From positions 46,901 through 110,900 of the IMG/VR virus record IMGVR_UViG_3300046779_001442: a stretch of DNA of 64,000 nt; one strand, 5' to 3'. Below are positions 41,775 through 51,720 of this stretch, piece by piece. The stretch comes from a virus. The position numbers were made by a program, and so were the translations under genes. Positions within the stretch are counted from its first letter, which is position 1. Each line of letters opens with the position of its first letter. The notes under the pieces are model-generated. The model saw only the letters and a list, made by a program, of their open reading frames with translations. It ran no database searches and was not told the origin of the DNA.

Positions 41775-42736
41775 TGTTTATAAATAAAGATAAAACAATT
41801 TTTATGACTGTTCCAGCATACAATGATCCATCTCTTATTAGGACTATAGAGAGTGCCATAGACAATGCACTTTTTCCAGAAAGAGTATTCTTTTGTATTG
41901 GTATGCAATATGACGAAGATAAAATGCCAGATATTTCTAAATACTTGGATAACCCTAATTTCAATTTTATTTTTTATGATGTGAAAGAAAGGCCAGGGGT
42001 TTATTGGATTAGACGTGAAATGGCTGAGCAACACCAGGGCCAAGATTACTTCTTGATGATTGACTCTCACATGTTATTTTCTAAATACTGGGATGCAAAA
42101 CTAATAAATGACTATGAAGATCTTAGAAGATTGCATGGTGACAGAACCATCATATCTAGACCAACCATGGATGGTTTGGGAGAAGCTATTACAAGCGGTT
42201 TGATTAATGATAAATCGCACTGGATCGTTGACTGGAATAATCAAAAAGATAGTATTGAGCGTACGATATTACCTTGGACATCACAGTTTCCTTGGGAAGG
42301 TGAGAGATATCAGTATACCCTATACTCATGCAGTCACTTTTTTTTCACAAACAAAGACTATCTTTCTGATGTAGGGTTTCATAAAACAATAAGGTCATAT
42401 TCCGAGGAATATACTATTGCAATAAGTAGCTTCTTATCTGGATGGGATTACTATATGCTTCCAGAGTATGTACATATAGGACATGACGATAGGGCAACAG
42501 CTCAGGCAATTTATGGTAAAGATAAGCATACCTTGGGTAGCGATGGTAAGAGATATCAGGCCTTGTTTGAGACACCAGAAGAAAAACTGGAGATATCAAA
42601 GTTTGTTTTGCTAGACAATTCTAAAATGTTTAAGGTTAAAAACCAGAGAAGAAACATAGAAGAATTCTATCAAATAGCTGGAAAAGAACTTTCCGATGCT
42701 AGAGATACCTTTATAGCAATGCTAAATTTAAATTAA
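41774..42736 (+). CDS. GT60/Gnt1-like glycosyltransferase
   Basis: IFMTVPAYNDP, PGVYWIR, YFLMIDSHMLF..YWD, SEE...SGWDY. Confidence 0.8.
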   Translation: MFINKDKTIFMTVPAYNDPSLIRTIESAIDNALFPERVFFCIGMQYDEDKMPDISKYLDNPNFNFIFYDVKERPGVYWIRREMAEQHQGQDYFLMIDSHMLFSKYWDAKLINDYEDLRRLHGDRTIISRPTMDGLGEAITSGLINDKSHWIVDWNNQKDSIERTILPWTSQFPWEGERYQYTLYSCSHFFFTNKDYLSDVGFHKTIRSYSEEYTIAISSFLSGWDYYMLPEYVHIGHDDRATAQAIYGKDKHTLGSDGKRYQALFETPEEKLEISKFVLLDNSKMFKVKNQRRNIEEFYQIAGKELSDARDTFIAMLNLN

Positions 42737-43642
42737 TTTGCATGTTACTGGATCATACCCTATAAAGCTAATATAGTCTTCAATAGATCTTTTAGTTAGT
42801 GCACCGTTCTTTGGGTGGTATATCTTTTCTACAAATATTGACTTGAAATATTCGTGGTCTTGCTCTTCTTTTTTCCCCCAAAGACTATTCCATCTTGGAT
42901 CCTTATACCTAGAGTGCTTAACATATGAGTCTTTATCTGCATGCTCATAGTCAAAACCGCAGAGATATGATCCTGAAGGGCCTACTACATTGTATCCACC
43001 AGTATATGCCCTAAGCATCATCATAGGCTGTTCATATTTAAATAATATGTTATCTGCTTGTGGAACATCACGTAAAAATTGTGTCTCACCAAATAAATGT
43101 CCAGCACATATAAATTTTTCTAGAGTTTGTATTGGTTGCTTGACTACCTGCCTGCCCATGATTGGTCCGCCATATATTTTGAACCACTCTTCATCGGCTT
43201 CTGCTGTCCACAAACACCCCTTAAAGTCTTCATCCCAGTCTGTAAATATTGTTGGTATGTATCCACCAATTACACTTTTACCAAATTGGCGATTAGCATC
43301 TTCTAGCTCATTAATAAAGTGTAAGTCCCAGTTTGGTGCAAATTTTGTGTGGGAGTCAACCTGTAAAAAATATCTCTCATCCCTAACTAACGTCATGGCT
43401 ATATCGCCACGTATTTTGGTAAGTGATAGAGGAGCTGTCTCTGCGTCAATCCAAATAAACCTAACCTCTGGTCCAAGGTTATTTATTTCTTTAATCATCC
43501 ATCTATCTTCTTCATACCCCTGAAAGACACAGCCAAAAACCAGCCCATCCTTATTTGATGCAGAGTTATATGCAGATAGGATTGTATTAATTACAAACGG
43601 ATCTCTCCATGCAGATATCTGAACTATTATCTTATTTTTCAC
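42728..43642 (-). CDS. GT60/Gnt1-like glycosyltransferase
   Basis: IIVQISAWRDP, YFLQVDSHTKFAPNWD, AGHLF, EQ...RAYTGGY. Confidence 0.8.
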   Translation of the reverse strand: MKNKIIVQISAWRDPFVINTILSAYNSASNKDGLVFGCVFQGYEEDRWMIKEINNLGPEVRFIWIDAETAPLSLTKIRGDIAMTLVRDERYFLQVDSHTKFAPNWDLHFINELEDANRQFGKSVIGGYIPTIFTDWDEDFKGCLWTAEADEEWFKIYGGPIMGRQVVKQPIQTLEKFICAGHLFGETQFLRDVPQADNILFKYEQPMMMLRAYTGGYNVVGPSGSYLCGFDYEHADKDSYVKHSRYKDPRWNSLWGKKEEQDHEYFKSIFVEKIYHPKNGALTKRSIEDYISFIGYDPVTCKLI

Positions 43643-43694
43643 AGCTTTCCTAACATGATATAATTAGTATACCAGAAGGCCTAGGGGAGGTATT

Positions 43695-44273
43695 ATGGCA
43701 AATAAAAACACGGCAGCCCTACTAGTTGAGGTTGCAAAGAAAGAACTTGGGACTATTGAAGGACCAAAAGATAATGAGACCAAATATGGTAAATTTACAA
43801 AGGTAAACTTTCAGCCTTGGTGCGGAAGTTTCGTTATGTGGTGTGCAGATCAAGCAGGGGTAAAGGTGCCAAACACTGTCTACACACCAGCAGGTGCAGC
43901 ATCATTTGAAAAAATGGGTGCATGGATTGATGCAAAGAGTGGAGAATCACCACAGCCAGGAGACATCCTGTTTTTTGATTTTCCAGAAGATGGTGTCAAT
44001 AGAATATCTCATGTAGGTATTTGCATTAAGGCTGGAAGAGATGGGCTATGCACAACTGTAGAAGGCAACACATCTGGGACTGCAAAGGGAGACCAGAGAA
44101 ATGGCGGAATGGTTGCAGAAAAGATTCGTGGATATGCAAAGAATAAAAAGGGTATTCAGGTGTCTATTGTTGGATGGGGCAGACCAAAGTTTGCATCTAA
44201 CACTTCTGCATCAGAGAAACCTTTTGACACAGACTCGGTAGTGGAAATTTATTGCGATTATCTAGAAGCATAA
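43695..44273 (+). CDS. CHAP-domain peptidoglycan hydrolase
   Basis: PWCGSFV, PGDILFF, HVGI, VEGNT. Confidence 0.88.
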   Translation: MANKNTAALLVEVAKKELGTIEGPKDNETKYGKFTKVNFQPWCGSFVMWCADQAGVKVPNTVYTPAGAASFEKMGAWIDAKSGESPQPGDILFFDFPEDGVNRISHVGICIKAGRDGLCTTVEGNTSGTAKGDQRNGGMVAEKIRGYAKNKKGIQVSIVGWGRPKFASNTSASEKPFDTDSVVEIYCDYLEA

Positions 44274-44308
44274 TGTGTTAAAATATATTTATACAGAAGG
44301 AGGGCCAT

Positions 44309-45079
44309 ATGGCCAAGTATCAATATCCGATTGACGGAGGAAAAAACAAAGGCTGGAAAATCAGCAGTAAGATGGGCTGGAGAATCCACCCAGTTCAGAA
44401 AACCAAAAAGCACCACAATGGAACTGACATCTTTGGGCTTGGAAAGAAGCCATGGTACATCGAAGCATTTGCAGATGGAAAGGTTCTAAAGGCACAGAAG
44501 TCGACTGCTGCAGGTGGTGGATTTGGATACTATGTAGTGCTTTTACACAAGATTGATGGAGTATTTTACACATCGCTATATGCTCACATGGAAGAAGGAT
44601 CTATTCAGGTAAAGGTTGGTCAGACTGTTAAGGCTGGTACAGTTCTTGGTAAGATGGGAACTACTGGTATGTCAACTGGTGTTCACCTTCACTGGGAGAT
44701 CTGGAAGGGCAAAGAACATGGCTGGTCTGCAGATGGCAAGGGCTTCGTTGAGCCAGTTGGTTTCGTAGAAGCACTTATGGCAGCAGAGAAGGCAAAGGCA
44801 TCAGCTGATGAGGTAACTCCTGCTGACGCTCCAGCACAGCCACTGCCAGCTCACTCGGCCATGCCAGAGGAAAAGCCAAAGCCAGCACCAAAGACTGCAT
44901 CTAAACCAGCTGCTAAGCCAGTTGCAAAGACAGCAGCAAAGATATATACTGTTAAGTCAGGAGATACTCTTGGTGCTATTGCAACTAAGAACAAAACTAC
45001 TGTTGCTAATCTTGTTAAGATTAATGGACTTAAAGATGCTAACAAGATTTCTGTTGGTCAGAAAATTAAGCTTGGCTAG
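44309..45079 (+). CDS. M23 peptidase + LysM endolysin
   Basis: HNGTD, YAHM, STGVHLHWE; Pro/Ala/Lys linker; YTVKSGDTL LysM. Confidence 0.92.
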   Translation: MAKYQYPIDGGKNKGWKISSKMGWRIHPVQKTKKHHNGTDIFGLGKKPWYIEAFADGKVLKAQKSTAAGGGFGYYVVLLHKIDGVFYTSLYAHMEEGSIQVKVGQTVKAGTVLGKMGTTGMSTGVHLHWEIWKGKEHGWSADGKGFVEPVGFVEALMAAEKAKASADEVTPADAPAQPLPAHSAMPEEKPKPAPKTASKPAAKPVAKTAAKIYTVKSGDTLGAIATKNKTTVANLVKINGLKDANKISVGQKIKLG

Positions 45080-45108
45080 TTGACAAGATCTACACTGGGT
45101 GGTATACT
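45080..45108 (+). promoter_or_regulatory. Promoter
   Basis: TTGACA-17nt-TATACT with TG extension. Confidence 0.75.
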
Positions 45109-45150
45109 TTATATAGTATGCCACCCTTTGTGGCCTTTATAGGAGGAAAT

Positions 45151-45351
45151 ATGGAATCCAATAAAAGAAGTATGATTAAGACATTGAGCTGGGAGACATT
45201 CCATCTCGTTGGAGTGGCTGGTGTGATTTATCTTTTCACTGGCGAATGGGAGTACGCAAGCCTTGGAGCACTAATTTACATTGCTTGGGAATCTCTTGGA
45301 TATTATATCCATGAGCGTCTTTGGGCTAAGTTTGGTAAGAAGGTAAAGTAG
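45151..45351 (+). CDS. DUF2061-like small membrane protein
   Basis: RSMIKTLSW...YYIHERLW; AGGAGG RBS. Confidence 0.8.
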   Translation: MESNKRSMIKTLSWETFHLVGVAGVIYLFTGEWEYASLGALIYIAWESLGYYIHERLWAKFGKKVK

Positions 45352-45530
45352 TGCCAGTATACGAATACGCATGCACATCCTGTGACCATTCATTTAAAGA
45401 AACTAGAAGCATCCACGATCCATCTCCAGAGCATATGTGTGAAAAATGTGGATATAGAATGAAGCAAGTGCTAGGCACTCCTGCAGTTCATTTTAAGGGT
45501 AGTGGATTTTATCGTACGGACAATAAATAA
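45351..45530 (+). CDS. FmdB-family zinc-ribbon protein (59 aa, not in ORF track)
   Basis: MPVYEYACTSC...CEKCG...FKGSGFYRTD. Confidence 0.88.
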   Translation: MPVYEYACTSCDHSFKETRSIHDPSPEHMCEKCGYRMKQVLGTPAVHFKGSGFYRTDNK

Positions 45531-45766
45531 TGACAGAAGAGACAGTAAAAGAGTGGGTTCTAACTGCCAATGATCGCTGTGATAGTTGTGGTGCTCAGGC
45601 ATATGTACAGGTTACTGGAGTAACTGGATCTTTGCTCTTCTGCAGCCATCACTATAATAAGATTATGGATAATGCAGTAGGATATGACAAGATGATGAAG
45701 TTTGCGTATGAGTTTATTGATGAGCGTGAACGTCTACAAGAGAATCGAACAAAAGGTGAAGACTAA
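45530..45766 (+). CDS. Small zinc-binding hypothetical protein
   Basis: DRCDSCGAQAY...LLFCSHH. Confidence 0.75.
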   Translation: MTEETVKEWVLTANDRCDSCGAQAYVQVTGVTGSLLFCSHHYNKIMDNAVGYDKMMKFAYEFIDERERLQENRTKGED

Positions 45767-46760
45767 AAGAATTTTACTAACAGGTGGTGCTGGTTTTGTT
45801 GGAAGCCATGTGCTAAAGCGTATTCTTGATACCACTGACTGGGAAGTTGTTTTGCTAAAAACATTTCAGCATCATGGATGGCAGGACAGAATAGTTTGGG
45901 CAACTGATAGCAATGATGTAAAACTAAACAGAATTAAGCTAATCACATGCGACCTATCTGCACCAATTTCACCAATCACATCGAAAGAGATTGGGCATAT
46001 TGATTATGTAATTAATCTTGCAAGTGAAAGCCATGTTGATAGAAGTATTCAGTCACCCACCCCCTTTATTGTCAACAATGTTCAAGTTATTTGCCATATG
46101 CTTGACTGGGCTCGTGAGGCAAAGCCAGAAAAATTTGTGCATGTTTCTACTGACGAAGTGTTTGGTCCGTACCAAGATAGAAACTTTGTTGAGTGGGACA
46201 CACACCTACCTAGTAACCCATATAGTGCATCTAAAGCAGCACAAGAGGATATTATTTTTGCATATTGGAGAACCTATAGCATTCCAGTAGCAATTGTGAA
46301 TATCATGAATATTGTAGGCGAATGTCAAAACGTAGAGAAATTTACACCAATGGCAATTAAAAAAATTGTCAACGGTGAGACTCTAGACATCCACACTTAT
46401 GATGGCGACAAGATCGGAAGAAGATACTGGCTATATGCTGGAAATAAGGCATCAGCACTACTTCATACACTTGATCAGCCTTTTAGGCTGCCATCAGAGA
46501 CAAATCGTCCACTTAGATTTAATATTGCTGGAGATGCAGAATACTCTAATCTAGAGTGGGCACAGAAGATTGCAGATATTATTGGTAAGCCATTAAACTA
46601 CAGGCTTGTTGATTCTTCTATATCAAGGCCTGGATATGATTCAAGTTATGGGCTAGATAATAGCAAGATTCTCGATTCTGGATGGAAACCGCCATATAGT
46701 TTAGACGAGGCATTAGAAAAAATTGTTAATTGGTATTTGGAGCATCCAGAATGGTTATAA
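45756..46760 (+). CDS. NDP-glucose 4,6-dehydratase (RmlB-like)
   Basis: TGGAGFVG, ASESHVDRSI, STDEVFG, YSASK. Confidence 0.92.
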   Translation: MKTKRILLTGGAGFVGSHVLKRILDTTDWEVVLLKTFQHHGWQDRIVWATDSNDVKLNRIKLITCDLSAPISPITSKEIGHIDYVINLASESHVDRSIQSPTPFIVNNVQVICHMLDWAREAKPEKFVHVSTDEVFGPYQDRNFVEWDTHLPSNPYSASKAAQEDIIFAYWRTYSIPVAIVNIMNIVGECQNVEKFTPMAIKKIVNGETLDIHTYDGDKIGRRYWLYAGNKASALLHTLDQPFRLPSETNRPLRFNIAGDAEYSNLEWAQKIADIIGKPLNYRLVDSSISRPGYDSSYGLDNSKILDSGWKPPYSLDEALEKIVNWYLEHPEWL

Positions 46761-47947
46761 GAAATAAATGTCGTGCATGCGACAGCCCTAAACTATTTTT
46801 AGCTATTGACCTTGGCATACAGCCATTAGCTGGTGGATTTGTAAAAGAAAAAGAGCCATCATATCTGTATCCAAACAAAATGATGGTTTGCAGTGATTGT
46901 GGACTGGGTCAGTTATCAGTTGATATCAAGCCAAGCGAATTGTACAAGAACTATAACTGGAGAACATCAACAAGTAAGTCCTATCTAAATTATATTTATG
47001 AGTTTGCTGATAAACATATTATTCCTAGGATTAACCCAGGTGAATGGGTCTTGGAAATTGCAAGCAACGATGGATACTTACTCAAATATTTGCAATCAAA
47101 TGGAATAGATGTCCTTGGCGTAGATCCTGCAGAAAATATCTCTAGGTACGCTATTTGTGATGGTGTTCCAGTAATCACAGACTTTTTTGGAACCAAGGTA
47201 GCAGAAGATGTAGTCAGGCTAAAGGGTAAACCTAAGTGGATTATTGCTAACAATGTTATGGCACACACACCAGACATTCAAGATTTTATGGCAGGCATAT
47301 CAATGCTATGTGATAGAGATACGATTGTTACTGTGGAAAATCCGACCATAATGAACATCATTGACCATGACCACTTTGATGTGATCTTCCATGAACATTA
47401 CTCATATTTGTCTGCACACGCTGTTGCAAAGCTTGCAAATAAGATGGGCCTATCTCTATTCAACGTTCAGTCAGTGCCTCCGCAAGGTGGTTCCAATAGG
47501 TATTGGATCAAGCAGGGTGGGGAGCCAACTGAGGGAGTTAGGGTAGCAATCAGGGAAGAGCTGCAGTATGGTCTTTTAGATAGAAACAAATGGTCTGAGA
47601 CACAAGATAGAATTCGCCAATCAGCAAATAGTTTTAATGGCAGGGTTGAATCTATCTGGCAATCTGGTGGAGTTGTATGTGGTGTTGGTGCATCTGCAAA
47701 GTCAACAGTGGTTCTTAATTTTGCTGGCGTACAGTCAAAAAGAATTTCAGCAATTGCTGATGATGTAAAAGAGAAGCAGGGACACTATGTCCCTGGACCC
47801 AACATTCCAATCATAAGTATGGATGAAATGCTAAAAATGAATCCAACTGATATAATAGTTTTTGCTTGGAACATTCGAGAAGAGCTAGAAAATAAGCTAA
47901 GAAATTTAGGATACACTGGAAAAGTCTGGGTATGGAACGGAGAATAA
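46751..47947 (+). CDS. NDP-hexose C-methyltransferase family protein
   Basis: CRAC...CSDC zinc motif, LEIASNDG, NNVMAH, FHEHYSY, GASAK, FAWN. Confidence 0.88.
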   Translation: MVIRNKCRACDSPKLFLAIDLGIQPLAGGFVKEKEPSYLYPNKMMVCSDCGLGQLSVDIKPSELYKNYNWRTSTSKSYLNYIYEFADKHIIPRINPGEWVLEIASNDGYLLKYLQSNGIDVLGVDPAENISRYAICDGVPVITDFFGTKVAEDVVRLKGKPKWIIANNVMAHTPDIQDFMAGISMLCDRDTIVTVENPTIMNIIDHDHFDVIFHEHYSYLSAHAVAKLANKMGLSLFNVQSVPPQGGSNRYWIKQGGEPTEGVRVAIREELQYGLLDRNKWSETQDRIRQSANSFNGRVESIWQSGGVVCGVGASAKSTVVLNFAGVQSKRISAIADDVKEKQGHYVPGPNIPIISMDEMLKMNPTDIIVFAWNIREELENKLRNLGYTGKVWVWNGE

Positions 47948-47948
47948 T

Positions 47949-48362
47949 ATGTATGAATATTATGTAAATGAAGTAACGAACGTAGTAGATGGAGATACCA
48001 TTGACGTTGTAATTGATTTAGGATTTGATATCCTGTTTAAGAGTCGTGTACGCTTAGCTGGAATTGATACCCCAGAATCTCGTACCTCAGATAAAGCAGA
48101 GAAGGCATTGGGTCTTGAAGCAAAAGAGTACCTAAAGAAAAACATTAAGGCTGCAAAGCATATAGTTATTCGTACCGAGAAGATGGACTCATCTGAAAAG
48201 TATGGTCGTATTCTTGGCTGGGTATATCTAGACGGTGCATCCGAATCAATTAATAATAAGATGATCGCTGATGGGTATGCTTGGGGATATCTTGGAGAGA
48301 CCAAGATCAAAGATTTTGATGCACTTGCAAAAGCACGTGCTAAAGCAAATCTATCTAAGTAA
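47949..48362 (+). CDS. Thermonuclease (SNase-like)
   Basis: VVDGDT, VRLAGIDTPE, KYGRIL. Confidence 0.92.
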   Translation: MYEYYVNEVTNVVDGDTIDVVIDLGFDILFKSRVRLAGIDTPESRTSDKAEKALGLEAKEYLKKNIKAAKHIVIRTEKMDSSEKYGRILGWVYLDGASESINNKMIADGYAWGYLGETKIKDFDALAKARAKANLSK

Positions 48363-48387
48363 TAACTAATAGCAGTATAATATTACT

Positions 48388-48825
48388 ATGGAATACATAC
48401 TTGGTGCCATAATAACATTAGGGACTGTAGCTTTTGTCTCTAACAGGTTTAACAAAAGCAAAGCCATGAAGGTTTCTGTTAATGTTAGATACAGTCAGTC
48501 AAGAGCATTTGAGCTAATGAAGCCATTAAATATTTTTAGCCAGATGCTTGAGATGGCACAGAACCCAATGATTACTCAGACTACCAAGCATAACGATTCT
48601 ATGCATGTCAAAGTGGTGATTGCTGATAATGAGGCTTACTGGATATCCAACAATAAGTTTTATGTTGCTGACGTTAGAGATAAGATGGTTGTCCAGGAAT
48701 CAACCAGAGAAGTTGACACAATGGCTATGGATGATGTAGAATTAAAGAAGATAAGTGAAATTGTAGAAATATTGAGAAAGGAAGATAAAAATGATCGTGG
48801 TAGTTCAGGGAACAAAAAACTTTAA
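48388..48825 (+). CDS. Hypothetical protein with N-terminal TM (leaderless)
   Basis: TATAAT + 6 nt + ATG. Confidence 0.7.
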   Translation: MEYILGAIITLGTVAFVSNRFNKSKAMKVSVNVRYSQSRAFELMKPLNIFSQMLEMAQNPMITQTTKHNDSMHVKVVIADNEAYWISNNKFYVADVRDKMVVQESTREVDTMAMDDVELKKISEIVEILRKEDKNDRGSSGNKKL

Positions 48826-49141
48826 TGACTACTCAATCTTTTTGTCTGGCATGCGTTCAGCTCTAATCAGAAGAGATGAATCTGATAAAGAGTTAATAGT
48901 ATTTACAGCAGGACCCATAAACATTAATAACATGGCTATGGAGTTTCTTAATGTAACGGAGCGAAGTCTTAAGGCTAAGGGCATTAAGACCAAGCTTGTA
49001 AAGATTCCACCAAAGTGGATTGAAGATAATCATTCCGATATTGATTACTTCGCCTATTACTGCTTACCAAAAGAGTCAGTTTCTAGCTCTGTAGAATTTG
49101 CAAGAGCCAAAGACATTGACGTGCAGATATATAGGCACTAA
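48791..49141 (+). CDS. Hypothetical protein, SLOG/DUF2493-like N-terminus
   Basis: IVVVQGTKNFNDY. Confidence 0.45.
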   Translation: MIVVVQGTKNFNDYSIFLSGMRSALIRRDESDKELIVFTAGPININNMAMEFLNVTERSLKAKGIKTKLVKIPPKWIEDNHSDIDYFAYYCLPKESVSSSVEFARAKDIDVQIYRH

Positions 49142-49177
49142 CAAAAACAAGATATATACACATAAGGGGTATGTAAA

Positions 49178-49387
49178 ATGAACATAAAGTCTCTAGAAAA
49201 AATGGAGTCAATTGTTAAGTCAAATAGGTCGCTCAGCTGGCAGGGATGGGACGTGGTAAACATCATTCCAAATCCAACTGCATGGACAAAGCCACACGGT
49301 GCTTTTGTTCGAGGCCGTTGGTATATCAAGCAGGTATTTCCTGTTACAGAAAATGGTTGGGACATTCCAGATAGATTCACGAGGTAG
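49178..49387 (+). CDS. Hypothetical phage protein
   Basis: RBS; Trp-rich small ORF. Confidence 0.65.
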   Translation: MNIKSLEKMESIVKSNRSLSWQGWDVVNIIPNPTAWTKPHGAFVRGRWYIKQVFPVTENGWDIPDRFTR

Positions 49388-49389
49388 CT

Positions 49390-49677
49390 ATGGCTAGATC
49401 TAAAGACGATTGGGTAGATAGTGCAAGATGTAAAAACTTTGACACAAACCTATTCTTTGATACATATGAAGAAGATCTTGAGATACGTGAAGATGTAGAA
49501 ACTCTTTGCTCCATGTGTCCTGTTGCAAGACATTGCTTTGCAGTAGGAGTCTCGCAAAAGGGCTGGGGTGTCTGGGGTGGCATATATCTAGAAGATGGAG
49601 AAATCTCTCGTGAATTTAACAGACATAAAACTAAGGCTAAGTGGGCTGCCACCTGGAAGTATTTGACGGTAGACTAA
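49390..49677 (+). CDS. whiB: WhiB-family Fe-S transcription factor
   Basis: W...ARC...LFF...CxxCPV...C...WGVWGG. Confidence 0.9.
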   Translation: MARSKDDWVDSARCKNFDTNLFFDTYEEDLEIREDVETLCSMCPVARHCFAVGVSQKGWGVWGGIYLEDGEISREFNRHKTKAKWAATWKYLTVD

Positions 49678-50243
49678 TGGACGGAACTGTATGGTCAGTT
49701 AACAAAACAATCATGTTTTCTCCTAGTACAATAGATGAGAACACATTATCCGAAGATGGCAAAGAACTACACATGCAGATGCTTGGCAATGCAAAAAGCA
49801 AGTTTGACATCTTTAATGTTTTTAGTGGCAATATGGAGGGACTAAGTAATATCCATAGTCTAGTAGCATTAGACGACGGAACCATAGAGTTTCCAGATTT
49901 TAATGTTATCTATAATGTAGGGCGTGGAGATCTTGTTGCTTATAGAGATGAGCTGACTGTCAAAAAGACAGCACACTTCATTGAAAAACTATTTGCATAC
50001 AATGACTCTCCAAAAACTTTTGGTTCTGGAAGCAATTTGTACGAGGTCGTTGCAACGATTAGGGATGACTACAAGATTTCTGTCTATGCCGATAATCCAG
50101 AAGATGCCCTGCGTATAGCAAATGAAACTTCAATCTCTGAGTGGAGACACCCAGATGTTTCTGAAGATTCACACCTAGAAGATAGAAGAATTATTAGACA
50201 TGCAAGATGGGGAAACCTTTCTGTAACTGAGGTTAAACAATAA
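49677..50243 (+). CDS. Hypothetical protein with degenerate oxygenase-like segment
   Basis: GTIEFPDFNVIYNVGRGDLV resembles 2OG oxygenase strands but no HxD. Confidence 0.55.
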   Translation: MDGTVWSVNKTIMFSPSTIDENTLSEDGKELHMQMLGNAKSKFDIFNVFSGNMEGLSNIHSLVALDDGTIEFPDFNVIYNVGRGDLVAYRDELTVKKTAHFIEKLFAYNDSPKTFGSGSNLYEVVATIRDDYKISVYADNPEDALRIANETSISEWRHPDVSEDSHLEDRRIIRHARWGNLSVTEVKQ

Positions 50244-50244
50244 T

Positions 50245-50487
50245 ATGTATACAAATGAGATGAGAACGGCATTTAAATCTCTGAGCCACTATGCCCCAAA
50301 GGGGTTTAAGGTTACAGTAGTTGACAATGATACGTTTATAACAATTAAGGCTAGTGAGCCAGATTTTATGAAGCTACTTGATGAAGATAAACGTCGTGCA
50401 GTAGAGTATATGGTAAGAGTAAAAAAAGCCTTTGAAGATAATGGTGCAATTGTTTTATTAGTCAGAGAGGGTGGTCAAGACCTATGA
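50245..50487 (+). CDS. Hypothetical phage protein
   Basis: Compact ORF in operon. Confidence 0.7.
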   Translation: MYTNEMRTAFKSLSHYAPKGFKVTVVDNDTFITIKASEPDFMKLLDEDKRRAVEYMVRVKKAFEDNGAIVLLVREGGQDL

Positions 50488-50633
50488 AAAAGAAGATTAA
50501 GATTCTTTCTATAGCTGGAATTAGCCTCTGGATTGCTACGCTACTATATGCAGCCTCGCAGTTGACAAAGCTGCGTGATTTAGATATACTAGATGTATCA
50601 ATAGAAGACGAAGAAGACGAGTGGGGATTTTAA
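50484..50633 (+). CDS. Small membrane protein (49 aa, not in ORF track)
   Basis: MKKKIKILSIAGISLWIATLLYAA...acidic tail; ATGA and TAATG coupling. Confidence 0.65.
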   Translation: MKKKIKILSIAGISLWIATLLYAASQLTKLRDLDILDVSIEDEEDEWGF

Positions 50634-51127
50634 TGCAAACATTTTTGCCATCAATGGACTTTGATACTGCTGCCAATATGCTTGATTCTAAAAGACTAAA
50701 CAAGCAAATCCTTGAAGCATATCAAATTCTAAAGGTGTTATCAAACAAAGATCCAAAAGCTGCATGGCGTAACCATCCTGCTGTAAAAATGTGGCGTGGT
50801 CACGAACATGGCCTATTTGTTTATGCACTTGCAATGGTTAAAGAAGCTAACAAGCGTGGCATAAAGACCGATAAGAATATGGAAAACCTTATTGCCCTAC
50901 GTATTGTGCACCTAAAAAATTGGGGTCACGGAATGCCATCGTGGTATCAAAATGCTGAAGAAATGAAAAAGATTACCGTCACTCATCGTGCTAGACTAAG
51001 TGTGAAAGATCCAATATACTATGGACATTTTTCAATGTTTGCTGATCATGAAGACAACACGCCATGTTGTAATTCATGCCAGTATTATTGGCCAACACAT
51101 ATTTCTGATAGAAAGGTTCTAAAGTGA
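50633..51127 (+). CDS. Pyrimidine dimer DNA glycosylase-like (T4 endonuclease V-like family)
   Basis: MQTFLP...LDSKRLNKQILE...HPAVKMW. Confidence 0.8.
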   Translation: MQTFLPSMDFDTAANMLDSKRLNKQILEAYQILKVLSNKDPKAAWRNHPAVKMWRGHEHGLFVYALAMVKEANKRGIKTDKNMENLIALRIVHLKNWGHGMPSWYQNAEEMKKITVTHRARLSVKDPIYYGHFSMFADHEDNTPCCNSCQYYWPTHISDRKVLK

Positions 51128-51543
51128 TTGAAACTATAGTCATTGCAGTGCAATCAGTTTTGCTTATTTTTGCACTGTATGGATTAGCCTTTCTGAAGAA
51201 GGGGCAAATCAATCTTGTACTAAAGCTTGCTCAGTCTAAGATAGATATTGCCATACTTAACGATAAGATTGCTCAGATGCATGAAGACAAAAAGCTTGTT
51301 GAGTCAGAGGAGTTTATGGCTTTTATCACATCAAGCAGAGACTATGCGTTTGAGTATATTGAGGCAGTTCAAGAGGCAATTACTGATTATAATGCAGTGC
51401 TTGAGCCAATCATTGACTACCACAGAACTTATGGGATGGCGTTTGGTATGGACAGCGTCCCATATACTAATTTGGAAAAGATAGCAAAAGCACATGATGC
51501 ACTCATGGAAATTATGCCAGCTGATCCAAACAAAATAAACTAA
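51124..51543 (+). CDS. Hypothetical membrane-anchored protein
   Basis: N-terminal TM; SRDYAFEYIE. Confidence 0.65.
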   Translation: MIETIVIAVQSVLLIFALYGLAFLKKGQINLVLKLAQSKIDIAILNDKIAQMHEDKKLVESEEFMAFITSSRDYAFEYIEAVQEAITDYNAVLEPIIDYHRTYGMAFGMDSVPYTNLEKIAKAHDALMEIMPADPNKIN

Positions 51544-51551
51544 GGAATATA

Positions 51552-51710
51552 ATGAGAGACATTTTCTTTTCAGTTTTGACTGGCTTTATTTGTGGTGTAG
51601 CATTTGCTGCATTCAGACTGCCAGTTCCTGCACCACCAGTGTTCGCTGGGGTAGCAGGCATCATCGGCCTATGGGCTGGTTATGCTATACTAATAAAGGT
51701 AATATCCTAG
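51552..51710 (+). CDS. XapX/DUF1427-like small membrane protein (52 aa, not in ORF track)
   Basis: G..CG..F...RLPVPAPP..AGVAGIIG...GY. Confidence 0.85.
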   Translation: MRDIFFSVLTGFICGVAFAAFRLPVPAPPVFAGVAGIIGLWAGYAILIKVIS

Positions 51711-51720
51711 GAGGAAAACC

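Noticed and set aside
42990-43523. 177-aa plus-strand ORF and the many other short antisense or alternate-frame ORFs in the track
   Set aside because: Shadows of well-supported genes, with no RBS, promoter or recognisable motifs.
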